A stretch of 32,000 nt of DNA, taken from Minisyncoccota bacterium (GTDB lineage: Bacteria; Patescibacteriota; Minisyncoccia; Minisyncoccales; Minisyncoccaceae). The stretch covers positions 1 through 32,000 of the forward strand of contig JBAZLH010000004.1 in the NCBI GenBank assembly GCA_041650375.1. The letters run 5' to 3'. The notes beneath the pieces were generated by a model. That model saw only the letters and a program-made list of their open reading frames with translations. It searched no databases and had not been told where the DNA came from. Below, piece by piece: positions 8,189 to 17,106 of this stretch (positions within the stretch are counted from its first letter, which is position 1; every line of letters begins with the position of its first letter). A program made the translations under genes and the position numbers.

Positions 8189-8217
8189 ATAATATCCAAG
8201 CCTATAAAGCTTGTCAA
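8189..8217 (-). promoter_or_regulatory. Sigma70-like promoter TTGACA-17-TATTAT
   Basis: -35 at 8212-8217 and -10 at 8189-8194 on the minus strand, about 210 nt upstream of the recombinase ATG. Confidence 0.55.
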
Positions 8218-8300
8218 GCATTCTTCCCTTGCACAATAATGCCTTTCTTTTTAATTGTAAAATAAAAAAAGAAGGAAATAATTGTTTTCTTTTTAAGAAA

Positions 8301-8852
8301 TTAATCATTTCCCTCCTGGATGGCGTCCGCGGTGATGCCAACCTTAGATTTCTCGCATGCGTCTTCCCACGCATGCATCATGGGTTTGTAGTATTCCGGG
8401 TAAGTCCGGAAATTCTCCAAAACGTTTAAGCCTAAGCCAAATTCTCTGGAAGCGACAAGGCGAGTAATCGCCGTGGACATTTCCGCGGGATTATATCTTC
8501 CCCGAAGGCAATTGCACATTTCCTGCGGCCAATCCAGACAATCAATGAACTGGATAGTGTCCCGAACATTGTCTGTCTTTATTTTTTTTCTAAGCACGTG
8601 CATCCTCTTTGCGGCAAGGATAGCCGCTTTATGCGAATTTGTTTCGCTTATGTGTTTTCCCAATCTATTGTATGGGCGGAACCGTCCAATGTCCGGATCC
8701 GGAACTACAACATGGGGATTACACAACGGTGCTAAGTATCGCCTGGCTGTCGGAACGCCGGCAGACAAGCTTCCACCTGAAATATCTATCAATATATTCC
8801 TCCTGTACTTTGGTCCCTCCCTGTCAACAAAGTCGCGCAACTTCTGATTCAA
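8301..8852 (-). CDS. Hypothetical protein, no family recognised
   Basis: 183-codon ORF, more GC-rich by eye than its surroundings. Only a TTG start is available at the 5' end and there is no obvious SD. Minus-strand promoter TTGACC-17-TATATA at 8883-8911. Confidence 0.5.
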   Translation of the reverse strand: MNQKLRDFVDREGPKYRRNILIDISGGSLSAGVPTARRYLAPLCNPHVVVPDPDIGRFRPYNRLGKHISETNSHKAAILAAKRMHVLRKKIKTDNVRDTIQFIDCLDWPQEMCNCLRGRYNPAEMSTAITRLVASREFGLGLNVLENFRTYPEYYKPMMHAWEDACEKSKVGITADAIQEGND

Positions 8853-8915
8853 TATATTCTATTGACAAAGAACGACAATTATTATATATCATATTTTAAA
8901 TTTTCGGTCAATGTG

Positions 8916-8948
8916 GATAACAAAAAGCGGGCAATTTTTACCCGCTTT
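8916..8948 (-). terminator. Rho-independent terminator of the carboxylase operon
   Basis: AAAGCGGG(8924-8931)/CCCGCTTT(8941-8948) stem. The minus strand reads stem then TTTTTGTT. Confidence 0.7.
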
Positions 8949-8971
8949 CAAGCGCATAATTTAGGTTTTTA

Positions 8972-10510
8972 TTATAACGGTATGCTTCCGTGCTTTCTCA
9001 TAATCTTATTTTCCCGTTTCGCGGAAATTGATTCCAAGCATTTAATTAAAACATTTCTGGTCTCGGCCGGATTAATAATTAAATCAACTTGCCCGAGCTT
9101 GGCAGCGCAAAACGGATCCAGTAAATTTTCTTTCAACTCCCCTATTTTTTCTTGCTCGATTTTTTCCGGATCCGGGCTGGCGTCAATTTGTTTTTTAAAA
9201 ATAATTTTTACCGCTTGTTCCGGCCCCATTACCGCGATTTGCGCTTCCGGCCAAGCAATCACTTTATCATAGCCAAGCTTGCGGGACGCCAAAGCGATAT
9301 ACGCTCCCCCAAAGGCTTTTCTTAGGATAACGCTAATCTTGGGAACCGAGGCTTCGGCATAGGCGTATAAAACCTTGGCGCCGTGCCTGATAATTCCCTG
9401 GTGTTCCTGGTTGGCGCCGGGCAAATATCCGGGAGTATCAACCAAGTTTATTATTGGTAAATTAAAAGCGTCGCAAAATCTGACAAAACGCGCAATCTTA
9501 TCCGAAGAATCAATGTCCAAAACTCCGGCAGAAGACTTGGCTTGGTTGGCCACCACTCCAACAACTTTTCCGGACAATCTGGCAAATCCCACTACCGCGT
9601 TGGCGGCAAAGCCGGCCTGAATTTCAAAAAAAGAATTCTCATCAAAAATCTCATTGATTACGGCTTTAATGTCATAACTCTTATTAAAATCTTCGGGAAC
9701 TATTTCCAATAACTTTTCATTTTTGTCCGCCCTGGCCGCGGCCGGTTTGGCGGGCATGTCTTCCAAATTGTTTTGAGGCAAATAAGAAAGCAATTGTTTT
9801 ACTCCAATAAAACAATCTTTTTCATTTTCGTAAACAAAATGCGCGCACCCGCTTTTGCTTCCGTGTACTGCGGCTCCGCCCAAATTTTCAAAATCAACAT
9901 CCTCGCCCGTTACTTTCTTAATCACTTCCGGCCCGGTAATATACATCTGGGATATTTTATCAACCATGAAAATAAAATCTGAAAGTCCGGGAGCGTAACA
10001 AGCTCCGCCCGCGGACGGGCCGACAATCACGCTTATCTGGGGCACCACGCCGGAAGACTTGACCATATTTTTAAATATGGAAGCGTAGCCGTCCAGGCTG
10101 GCAATCCCCTCCTGGATCCTGGCTCCGCCCGAATCCATAATGCCGATAATCGGGCATCCGTTCTTTTCCGCCAATTCAATTGTTTCCGCTATTTTCTGCC
10201 CGTGCATTTCACCCAAAGACCCGCCCATTTTGCTAAAGTCTTGGCTTAAAACATACACCAAGCGATTATTTATTTTACCGAATCCGGTAATCACGGAATC
10301 CCCCACGAACTTTTTTTTGCCCAATTCTTCTTCACTGAACCGGCTCTCAATAAAACCTCCCAATTCCACAAAGCTGCCCGCATCCAAAAGCAAATCAATT
10401 CTTTCTCTGGCGGTAAGCTTGCCTTTTTGGCGCTGTTTTTCCTCCAGTTCGGAATCTTTAAGCCCGGCCAATTTCTCATTTAATTTTTTTATGCCTTTTT
10501 CAAAATTCAT
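8972..10510 (-). CDS. Acyl-CoA carboxylase carboxyltransferase subunit (fused alpha/beta, PccB/AccD5/MmdA type)
   Basis: 512 aa with the typical LTARERIDLLLD, GGSLGEMHGQKI, DSGGARIQEG, GPSAGGACY and VIAWPEAQIAVMGPE regions. Confidence 0.9.
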   Translation of the reverse strand: MNFEKGIKKLNEKLAGLKDSELEEKQRQKGKLTARERIDLLLDAGSFVELGGFIESRFSEEELGKKKFVGDSVITGFGKINNRLVYVLSQDFSKMGGSLGEMHGQKIAETIELAEKNGCPIIGIMDSGGARIQEGIASLDGYASIFKNMVKSSGVVPQISVIVGPSAGGACYAPGLSDFIFMVDKISQMYITGPEVIKKVTGEDVDFENLGGAAVHGSKSGCAHFVYENEKDCFIGVKQLLSYLPQNNLEDMPAKPAAARADKNEKLLEIVPEDFNKSYDIKAVINEIFDENSFFEIQAGFAANAVVGFARLSGKVVGVVANQAKSSAGVLDIDSSDKIARFVRFCDAFNLPIINLVDTPGYLPGANQEHQGIIRHGAKVLYAYAEASVPKISVILRKAFGGAYIALASRKLGYDKVIAWPEAQIAVMGPEQAVKIIFKKQIDASPDPEKIEQEKIGELKENLLDPFCAAKLGQVDLIINPAETRNVLIKCLESISAKRENKIMRKHGSIPL

Positions 10511-10543
10511 AAATCTTAAATGTTTATTTTTTTAATTTATATT

Positions 10544-11095
10544 TTATTGGTTATTCTGATTAATTATTTCTAATTGATTTTTTAATTCCGAAAGGATTTT
10601 TTCCAAAATTTCGTTATTATCAATTTCTTTAAATAATACTTGCCGCAATGAAACGGAAATATCTTTTAAGTCATTTGGAAATTCTTTTATGTTCGTATCC
10701 AGCCCCACGCCGATTATGGAAACCAAGGTTTTATCTCCCATAATTACATTCTCGGTTAAAACGCCACAAACTTTTTTGCCATCCAATAAAATGTCATTTG
10801 GCAATTTTATTAACGGCTCCAAATTGAAATCGTCTTTTATGATTTTACTGATAACGAAAGCGGCTAAAATAGTAATGGTTTGCAAATCCGCGATGCTGCT
10901 CTTGGGCAAAATTACGGAAAAATACAATCCGCCTTCGGGAGAAAACCAAGCCTCCCCTTTTCGGCCGTGCCCATTGCTCTGTTGGCGCGCCAAAACAACC
11001 GTCCACGGCGATTCATTTTGAATTGCCAATTCTTTGGCCTTTTCACTGGTGGAAGGAATATCCTCAAATTCAATTATTTTAAATTTAGGCTCCAT
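10544..11095 (-). CDS. birA: Biotin-protein ligase, catalytic domain only
   Basis: GHGRKGEAWFSPEGGLYFS matches the GRGRxGRxWxSPxGxLYxS signature. At 183 aa it has no HTH and no obvious C-terminal BPL_C domain. Confidence 0.8.
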   Translation of the reverse strand: MEPKFKIIEFEDIPSTSEKAKELAIQNESPWTVVLARQQSNGHGRKGEAWFSPEGGLYFSVILPKSSIADLQTITILAAFVISKIIKDDFNLEPLIKLPNDILLDGKKVCGVLTENVIMGDKTLVSIIGVGLDTNIKEFPNDLKDISVSLRQVLFKEIDNNEILEKILSELKNQLEIINQNNQ

Positions 11096-11100
11096 AAATA

Positions 11101-11490
11101 TTATTCTAAAATTATAAGCAAATCCCCTTCCCTGACGGCTTGGCCCTTCTTGACCAATATTTCTTTTACCTTGCCTTGCGTTTCCGCCAAAATTTCATTT
11201 TCCATTTTCATGGCTGATAAGGTTAAAAGTTTTTGCGCCACTTTTATTAGGCTATTCGGCTCAATTGAAATTTCGGAAATTACGCCAGACAAAGGCGCTT
11301 TTATTTGTTTAGAATTTTTGGGCGCGATTGAGGCCGGCTTAACGAAACCGCTATTTTCTTTTTGCGCCTTTCCATTGCCGTTCGCGTCAAAAACATATTC
11401 GTTGCCGTCAATATTAACAACCACCGTGTCCGCCAAATCTTCCACGCTTACGTTATATTCCCTGCCTTTAATTTTTATTTTTAAATTCAT
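11101..11490 (-). CDS. accB: Biotin carboxyl carrier protein
   Basis: C-terminal biotinyl domain with LSAMKMENEI (AMKM biotinylation motif). Confidence 0.85.
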   Translation of the reverse strand: MNLKIKIKGREYNVSVEDLADTVVVNIDGNEYVFDANGNGKAQKENSGFVKPASIAPKNSKQIKAPLSGVISEISIEPNSLIKVAQKLLTLSAMKMENEILAETQGKVKEILVKKGQAVREGDLLIILE

Positions 11491-11492
11491 AC

Positions 11493-13031
11493 CTATCTCA
11501 TCATTTTAATCCTGTTTCCCGCAACCCATTTTGACGCCCCGGAAACATTATTTTGATTTTTATTTTTAACGCTTTTATACACCTGAAAAACCGCTTCGGC
11601 CAATTCCGGCTCGCTGATGTCGTGAACTAATTTTTCTTCAAAGTGCTTATGCGACCCGACCGAGCACATTATTTCTTTAAGTATTTCGCTCTCTTCTATA
11701 AAATTGGAATTATAATTTCCGGACAAAAAATCTTTATGTCTCAAAAGAATTTTAAAAAACGGAATCGTGGTGGAAACACCCTCAATGATTATTTCGTCCA
11801 GCGCCCGTTTCAGTTTGCTAATTGCCTCGTTCCGTGTTTTGCCGTGCGCGATAATCTTGGCTATCAAAGAATCAAAATACGGATAAATTTCCTGGCCTTC
11901 GTGCAAAAAACTGTGCACGAATATTCCCTGCCCGCCCGCCGGAACATATTTTTTAATCACCCCGGGCGTTGGCAAAAAATTCTTGGACGGGTCCTCGGAA
12001 TTGATTCTGGCTTCAATCGCCCAGCCGTTAAAATGGACTTCTTTTTGCGAAAAAGAAATTTGCTCGCCCCGGGCGATTCTAATTTGCTGCTCCACGATAT
12101 CTATTCCGGTAATAGCTTCCGTAACCGGATGCTCAACCTGAATTCTCGGATTAACTTCCATAAAATAATAATTGCCTTCCGTGTCCATTAAAAATTCCAC
12201 GGTGGCGGCTCCCTGATACCTCACTTCTTCGCAAATTTTTACAGCCCAACGCCCCATTTCTTCCCTTTGCTTATCCGTTAAAAAAGAAGACGGGCTCTCT
12301 TCCAGCAATTTTTGGAAGCGGCGCTGGATTGTGCAATCCCTCTCGCCCAAATGAACCGCCTTGCGCCCGTCGCCCAAAACCTGGAACTCAATATGCCTGG
12401 ATTCGGGCAAATATTTTTCCAAAAAGAAATCCAAATCCGTGAACCCGGCCGACATTTGTTTTTGGATTCCGGAAGTGATTGTTAAAAAGTCCGTGCCGCT
12501 GATGTCATGGTCGATTACGCGAATACCCATACCGCCTCCGCCCCTTTGGGCCTTAAAGATAAATGGCGGTTTGATTTTTCGCGCGCTCATAAATAAATCT
12601 TTGGTGGTTCTAATCGGACGGTCGCTGGCGGGCAAAGTCGGCACACCAACTTTCTTCGCCACTTTCTTGGCTTCAACTTTATCTTCAAATCTTCGAAGAG
12701 TTTTATAATGGGGCCCGATAAATTTTATTTTATTTTTCGCACACAAAAGGGCGAACTTCCAATTTTCCGCCAAAAAACCATAGCCCGGGTGAATCGCGTC
12801 CGCTTCCGCCCGCTTGGCTATTTCAATTATTTTTTGCTTATCCAAATATCCGGAAGACCCTTCTTTTTCCAAAAAATAAAATTCGTCCGCCAAATTGGCT
12901 TCCAAAAAATCTTTTTCTTGTCCAACCATGGGGCAAAGAGCCACGGTTTTAATACCCATCTCTTTGCAGGTTCGGATAATCCTGATGGCGATTTCTCCCC
13001 GATTGGCGATTAAAATCTTTTTAATTTTCAT
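11493..13031 (-). CDS. accC: Biotin carboxylase
   Basis: KILIANRGEIAIRIIR N-terminus, ATP-grasp region (GGGGMGIRV) and EVNPRIQVEHPVTE. Carries a C-terminal extension of about 60 aa. Confidence 0.92.
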   Translation of the reverse strand: MKIKKILIANRGEIAIRIIRTCKEMGIKTVALCPMVGQEKDFLEANLADEFYFLEKEGSSGYLDKQKIIEIAKRAEADAIHPGYGFLAENWKFALLCAKNKIKFIGPHYKTLRRFEDKVEAKKVAKKVGVPTLPASDRPIRTTKDLFMSARKIKPPFIFKAQRGGGGMGIRVIDHDISGTDFLTITSGIQKQMSAGFTDLDFFLEKYLPESRHIEFQVLGDGRKAVHLGERDCTIQRRFQKLLEESPSSFLTDKQREEMGRWAVKICEEVRYQGAATVEFLMDTEGNYYFMEVNPRIQVEHPVTEAITGIDIVEQQIRIARGEQISFSQKEVHFNGWAIEARINSEDPSKNFLPTPGVIKKYVPAGGQGIFVHSFLHEGQEIYPYFDSLIAKIIAHGKTRNEAISKLKRALDEIIIEGVSTTIPFFKILLRHKDFLSGNYNSNFIEESEILKEIMCSVGSHKHFEEKLVHDISEPELAEAVFQVYKSVKNKNQNNVSGASKWVAGNRIKMMR

Positions 13032-13680
13032 ACACTAATTTTTTAATTTCTTCCATTAACTTGCCGGTAATCTCGGCGCAAAAATTTTTATACTCTTCCG
13101 AATCAACGTTAATTTGTTTCGCTTTTTGAAAATACTCAACAAAGCTGAGCGGCTTGCCTATTCTCAATTCAATATTCTTTTTTATTTTCGGTTTTTCTCC
13201 CGGAGGAAAAGTTTCAAACGCCCCGACAATGCCCATGGGCAAAATCGGCACGCCGGTGCGTAAATACAGCTTGGCAACCCCCCATTTCCCTTCCATCACC
13301 TCACCCGTGCGCGTTCGGGTGCCTTCCGGATAAATTATCAAATCGTAGCCGTTTTTCAAATATTCAACCGCTTTTTCAAACGCCAACTTTTTGGATTCAT
13401 TGTCATTTCTGTTTACCGGAATAACCTCGGCGTAGGCGTATAAAAAAGTCCTCAAAAATTTAAAACCCTTATTCTCCCTGTCCACTTGCCCGATATAGGT
13501 AAATCGCCTCGGCACGCACACGTATCCGGAAAGAACAATATCCAAATAACTTTGGTGGTTGCTGGCTAAAATAAAATTGCCTAAAGGAATATTTTCTCTG
13601 CCTTTTAATTTTTTTATGAACACTCCGGAAACGATGGGAGCTAAAAATATTTTTGAAAAAATGGAAACGAATCTGTTCAT
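13021..13680 (-). CDS. plsC: 1-acyl-sn-glycerol-3-phosphate acyltransferase family
   Basis: NHQSYLD (HX4D) and IYPEGTRTRTG motifs. 11-nt overlap with accC. Confidence 0.85.
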   Translation of the reverse strand: MNRFVSIFSKIFLAPIVSGVFIKKLKGRENIPLGNFILASNHQSYLDIVLSGYVCVPRRFTYIGQVDRENKGFKFLRTFLYAYAEVIPVNRNDNESKKLAFEKAVEYLKNGYDLIIYPEGTRTRTGEVMEGKWGVAKLYLRTGVPILPMGIVGAFETFPPGEKPKIKKNIELRIGKPLSFVEYFQKAKQINVDSEEYKNFCAEITGKLMEEIKKLVYEN

Positions 13681-13684
13681 ATTT

Positions 13685-14626
13685 TTATTTTAACAAATTT
13701 TTTCCGTTTTCCAGCAATTCGGACGCGCCCAATACCAATTCATCCATTATTTCTTGGCAAGTCTTTATTTTATTGATTCCGCCCGCGCAAATTCCGCAAA
13801 GCATCGGAGTCAAGTCGGAATTAGCCGAACCTTTGTTGCCCGCAAACCTTTCCGAATTAACTTCTTCGGGAAACGGATTTTTTTCTTCCATCTTCTTAAT
13901 GGTTTCGGTCAATTTATTTTTCAAGGCGCGAATCGGATGGCCGGTAAAGCGCGCCACCACGGTTACGTCTTCATCGGTCGCGTTAATAATCGCGTTCTTA
14001 TAGTTTTCGTGGATTTGGCATTCCGCGCTCGCCATAAACCTGGTTCCGATCTGGACGCCATCCGCGCCCAACATTAATGCCGCGGCAAAAGTATGCGCGT
14101 CGTAAATTCCGCCCGCGGCGATAATCGGAATGGTTTTAATAACCTGGCTGGTTTGCGGCACCAAACAAAAAGTGGAATTTTCTCCAATATGCCCACCCGA
14201 TTCCATTCCTTCCACCACCACCGCGTCAATTCCGTTTTGTTCCATCTTCTGCGCCAAACGCACAAACGGAACTACGGCGATAACTTTAATGCCCGCTTTT
14301 TTCAAATAAGGCAAAATCGGCAAAGGATTTCCTCCGCCCGTAAAAACAATCGGAACTTTTTGTTTAATAATCACCTTTACCAATTCGGCGACATTGGGAT
14401 TTTGCATTAAAAGATTTACCCCAAACGGCTTATCGGTCAATGTTTTGGTTTTTTTGATTTCTTCTTCAAGCCAAGCAGGCGAAGCAAAGCCGGAACCGAT
14501 AACGCCAACTCCGCCCGCGTTGCTGACGGCCGCCACCAATACGGATTCGGATACGCCGGCCATGCCGCCCTGGATTATCGGATGTTTTATATTTAAAAGT
14601 TTTACCAGTTTATTATTCTCAAACAT
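13685..14626 (-). CDS. fabK: Enoyl-ACP reductase II / nitronate monooxygenase family flavoprotein
   Basis: HPIIQGGMAGVS, FGVNL and GADGVQIGTRF. Start set at MFENNKLVKLL (14626) to avoid a 50-nt overlap with the upstream gene. Confidence 0.8.
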   Translation of the reverse strand: MFENNKLVKLLNIKHPIIQGGMAGVSESVLVAAVSNAGGVGVIGSGFASPAWLEEEIKKTKTLTDKPFGVNLLMQNPNVAELVKVIIKQKVPIVFTGGGNPLPILPYLKKAGIKVIAVVPFVRLAQKMEQNGIDAVVVEGMESGGHIGENSTFCLVPQTSQVIKTIPIIAAGGIYDAHTFAAALMLGADGVQIGTRFMASAECQIHENYKNAIINATDEDVTVVARFTGHPIRALKNKLTETIKKMEEKNPFPEEVNSERFAGNKGSANSDLTPMLCGICAGGINKIKTCQEIMDELVLGASELLENGKNLLK

Positions 14627-14645
14627 TTTTTTATAATTAAATATA

Positions 14646-16157
14646 TTATGCTTTTCTAATAAGCGGCTCTTTGGCAAGAATATTGTTGGCCTCATCCACC
14701 AATTCTTTTAACAGCTCTTTAACGCTAATGATTTTTTCTATCCGCCAAGCGTTGCTGCCGGCAAAAACCAGACCATTGTCCAAATCGCCTTTTCTGGCAT
14801 TTTCCAAGGCTTTTAAGATGCAATAACTTTTATCGCAAACCGGACCGATGCAACCAATACATTCCGTTAAGTTAACCTTGGGGGCCGTGTTGTTTAAAAC
14901 TTTTTCCACGAATTTGGTTTTTATGGCGCGCCCGGGCAAACCAACCGGCGAATGCACAATCACAATATCTTCCGCCTTGGCGTTAATATACGCTTGTTTG
15001 AATTTTATATCCGCGTCACATTCATTGGTGGCCACGAATCTAGTCGCCATTTGCACTCCCGCGGCGCCAGCTTTTAACATTTCCACAATATCCTTGCCGC
15101 TAAAAACTCCGCCCGCGGCAATCAAAGGAATTTTCACTGTTTGAACGGCTTCTTTAATAATATCAATTGTTTTCCTGAATTCATGCCCTTCCGGAAAACC
15201 CAAATGTCCGCCCGCGTCGCAACCTTCAATAATCACGGCCGCGGCTCCGGCTTTTTCAGCTTTCTCGGCCACTCGCGCGGACGATGCCATGGCAAAAACA
15301 GGAATATCGTATTTGCCCGCGATTTCAAAAATATCTTCGCGGAAACCCGCCCCTTGGATAATCAAATTGATTCCTTCTTCGGCCGCGGCTTTAACTAATT
15401 CTTTGAAATGCCCGACCACTCCCATAATATTTATCCCAATGATTCCGCTTTCGCCCGCGATTTCCCGGGCCTGCCTGATTTCATCTTTTACTTCTTGCGG
15501 ATTATTCATTCCGGAAATCGCCACAATGCCAATCGCTCCTTCTTTGGCAACATTACCGGCTAAATTATGCAACGAAACTCTCACCGCCATCCCCCCTTGA
15601 ATAATGGGAATCCTGGCTAAAATATTCCTGACTTTAAGTGCCGGCAAATTAGAAATTTTTACTTCCGCAACGGCCGGATTTATTGTATTTTTTGATTCAG
15701 CCAATTTTTCTTGCATTTCTTTTTTTGTGACTACGGCCACGCTAAACCTGACTTCGCATTTTCTTTTATCGTTTACATAGGCTTCGCCCAAAAAATTCGC
15801 AATTCTCTCAGCATACATTCCCAGCATTTTTACCCGGTATTCAATTTTGTCTCCCGGCCAAATCGGCTCGTAAAAAAACGCGCTCCTGACTTGGTAAGCC
15901 AACAAGTGCTTGTCCGCGCTTTGCTCGCCTAATTTTTCGCGCAAAAGCAAAGTCCCGGTTTGGGCTATGCCCTCCACCACCAACACCCCCGGCATTATAG
16001 GAAAATCAACAAAGTGCCCTTTAAAAAAAGGGTCTTCAACGGAAGTGTATTTATAGCCGACAATATTATCGCCTTCTATTTTTTCAATCTCATCAACCCA
16101 TAAAAATGGTTCTTGATAAGGAATCTTTTCCTTGATTTGTTCTTTTGAATACAGCAT
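14646..16157 (-). CDS. Fusion protein: N-terminal FabZ-like hot-dog dehydratase plus C-terminal FabK/NMO-family TIM-barrel flavoprotein
   Basis: The first ~145 aa carry PFFKGHFVDFPIMPGVLVVEGIAQTG (FabZ signature). Residues ~170-503 carry IPIIQGGMAVRVS...GAAGVQMATRF. A CX2CX4CX4C cluster is encoded at 14820-14861. Confidence 0.8.
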   Translation of the reverse strand: MLYSKEQIKEKIPYQEPFLWVDEIEKIEGDNIVGYKYTSVEDPFFKGHFVDFPIMPGVLVVEGIAQTGTLLLREKLGEQSADKHLLAYQVRSAFFYEPIWPGDKIEYRVKMLGMYAERIANFLGEAYVNDKRKCEVRFSVAVVTKKEMQEKLAESKNTINPAVAEVKISNLPALKVRNILARIPIIQGGMAVRVSLHNLAGNVAKEGAIGIVAISGMNNPQEVKDEIRQAREIAGESGIIGINIMGVVGHFKELVKAAAEEGINLIIQGAGFREDIFEIAGKYDIPVFAMASSARVAEKAEKAGAAAVIIEGCDAGGHLGFPEGHEFRKTIDIIKEAVQTVKIPLIAAGGVFSGKDIVEMLKAGAAGVQMATRFVATNECDADIKFKQAYINAKAEDIVIVHSPVGLPGRAIKTKFVEKVLNNTAPKVNLTECIGCIGPVCDKSYCILKALENARKGDLDNGLVFAGSNAWRIEKIISVKELLKELVDEANNILAKEPLIRKA

Positions 16158-16198
16158 AGTAACTTTTTATATTGATTTAAAATATGTTTATCGGATGC

Positions 16199-16286
16199 CT
16201 ATCGCAGGTAAATTTGCATGGTTCGCCTCGATTTATCGAGGCGAAAATTTACCGAGATAGAGCCCGCTTTCGCGCTGGCGAAAGCG
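16199..16286. repeat. Two GC-rich palindromic hairpins inside the operon's only large intergenic gap
   Basis: Nested hairpin at 16199-16260 (CTATC..GGTAAATTT..TCGCCTCGA-TTTA-TCGAGGCGA..AAATTTACC..GATAG) and hairpin at 16265-16286 (CGCTTTCGC-GCTG-GCGAAAGCG). No U-tract follows on either strand. Confidence 0.55.
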
Positions 16287-16357
16287 AGGCGTCAGACGAA
16301 TAAATATATCTTAAATCAAAATTTGAAAACAATTAATCTGAATGATTTAAATATATC

Positions 16358-17098
16358 TTATAGTGATAATCCGCCGTCAATATTAATTACAGCTCCGGTA
16401 ATAAAACCGGCTTCGTTGGAAGCAATGAACGCGATTATGTTCGCAACTTCTTCCGGCTTTCCAAATCTGCCCAAGGCGGTTAATTGTTTTACCGTGGCTT
16501 TCATTTGCTCCGGAATCGCTTCCGCCATTTTTGTTTCAATAAATCCGGGCGCAATTGCGTTTGCCCTCACTCCCACGCGGCCGACTTCCTTGGCCAATGA
16601 TTTGGTAAAGGCGATTATGCCGGCTTTGCTGGCCGCGTAATTGGCCTGGCCAAAATTACCGCGTTGCCCAACGATTGAAGCCATGCTAACGATATTGCCC
16701 TGAACTGGAACAAGCAAAGGTAAGGCCGCTTTGCTGCAATTAAACACGCCGGTTAAGTTTACGTCAATCACTTTTTGCCACTCTTCCACAGTCATTTTCG
16801 CCAAGGTCCTGTCTTTGGTAATGCCAGCGTTATTAACCAACACGTCCAAGCGCCCCATTTTAATTTGGATATCAGCAATCATTTTTTCCACGCTTTCCAT
16901 ATTGGAAACATCGGCGCAAAAATATTCGGCTTGGCCCCCCGTAGCTTCTATTTCCACCTTAACGGCTTTCAAATTTTCTTCTTGTTGGACAATATCGTTC
17001 AAAGCCACTTTGGCGTTCAGGGAAGCGAATTTTAAAGCAATCGCTTTGCCGATTCCTTGCGAAGCACCGGTAATTAAAACAACTTTTTCTTTAAACAT
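16358..17098 (-). CDS. fabG: 3-oxoacyl-(ACP/CoA) reductase, SDR family
   Basis: TGASQGIGKAIA (TGxxxGIG), NNAGI and YAASKAG (YxxxK). FabG-like length of 246 aa. Confidence 0.9.
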   Translation of the reverse strand: MFKEKVVLITGASQGIGKAIALKFASLNAKVALNDIVQQEENLKAVKVEIEATGGQAEYFCADVSNMESVEKMIADIQIKMGRLDVLVNNAGITKDRTLAKMTVEEWQKVIDVNLTGVFNCSKAALPLLVPVQGNIVSMASIVGQRGNFGQANYAASKAGIIAFTKSLAKEVGRVGVRANAIAPGFIETKMAEAIPEQMKATVKQLTALGRFGKPEEVANIIAFIASNEAGFITGAVINIDGGLSL

Positions 17099-17106
17099 AT
17101 TTATTT

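Noticed and set aside
7012-8300. Recombinase as part of an integrated mobile element or prophage
   Set aside because: I found no flanking direct repeats, phage genes or adjacent tRNA target. The protein looks like a chromosomal XerC/D-type enzyme. The excisionase-like HTH gene at 4304-4597 is separated from it by tpiA.
8862-11509. Long plus-strand ORFs (8862-9272, 9375-9620, 10140-10535, 10689-11021, 10880-11509) opposite the carboxylase and BirA genes
   Set aside because: All lie antisense to genes with clear family signatures. Their translations are low-complexity (S/F/L/P-rich) with no motifs.
14627-14695. Longer start for fabK (14695), and similarly tpiA from 5122 and pyrG from TTG 22315
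   Set aside because: The longer forms overlap upstream genes or add non-conserved residues ahead of family-typical N-termini. The pyrG case remains uncertain by 6 codons.
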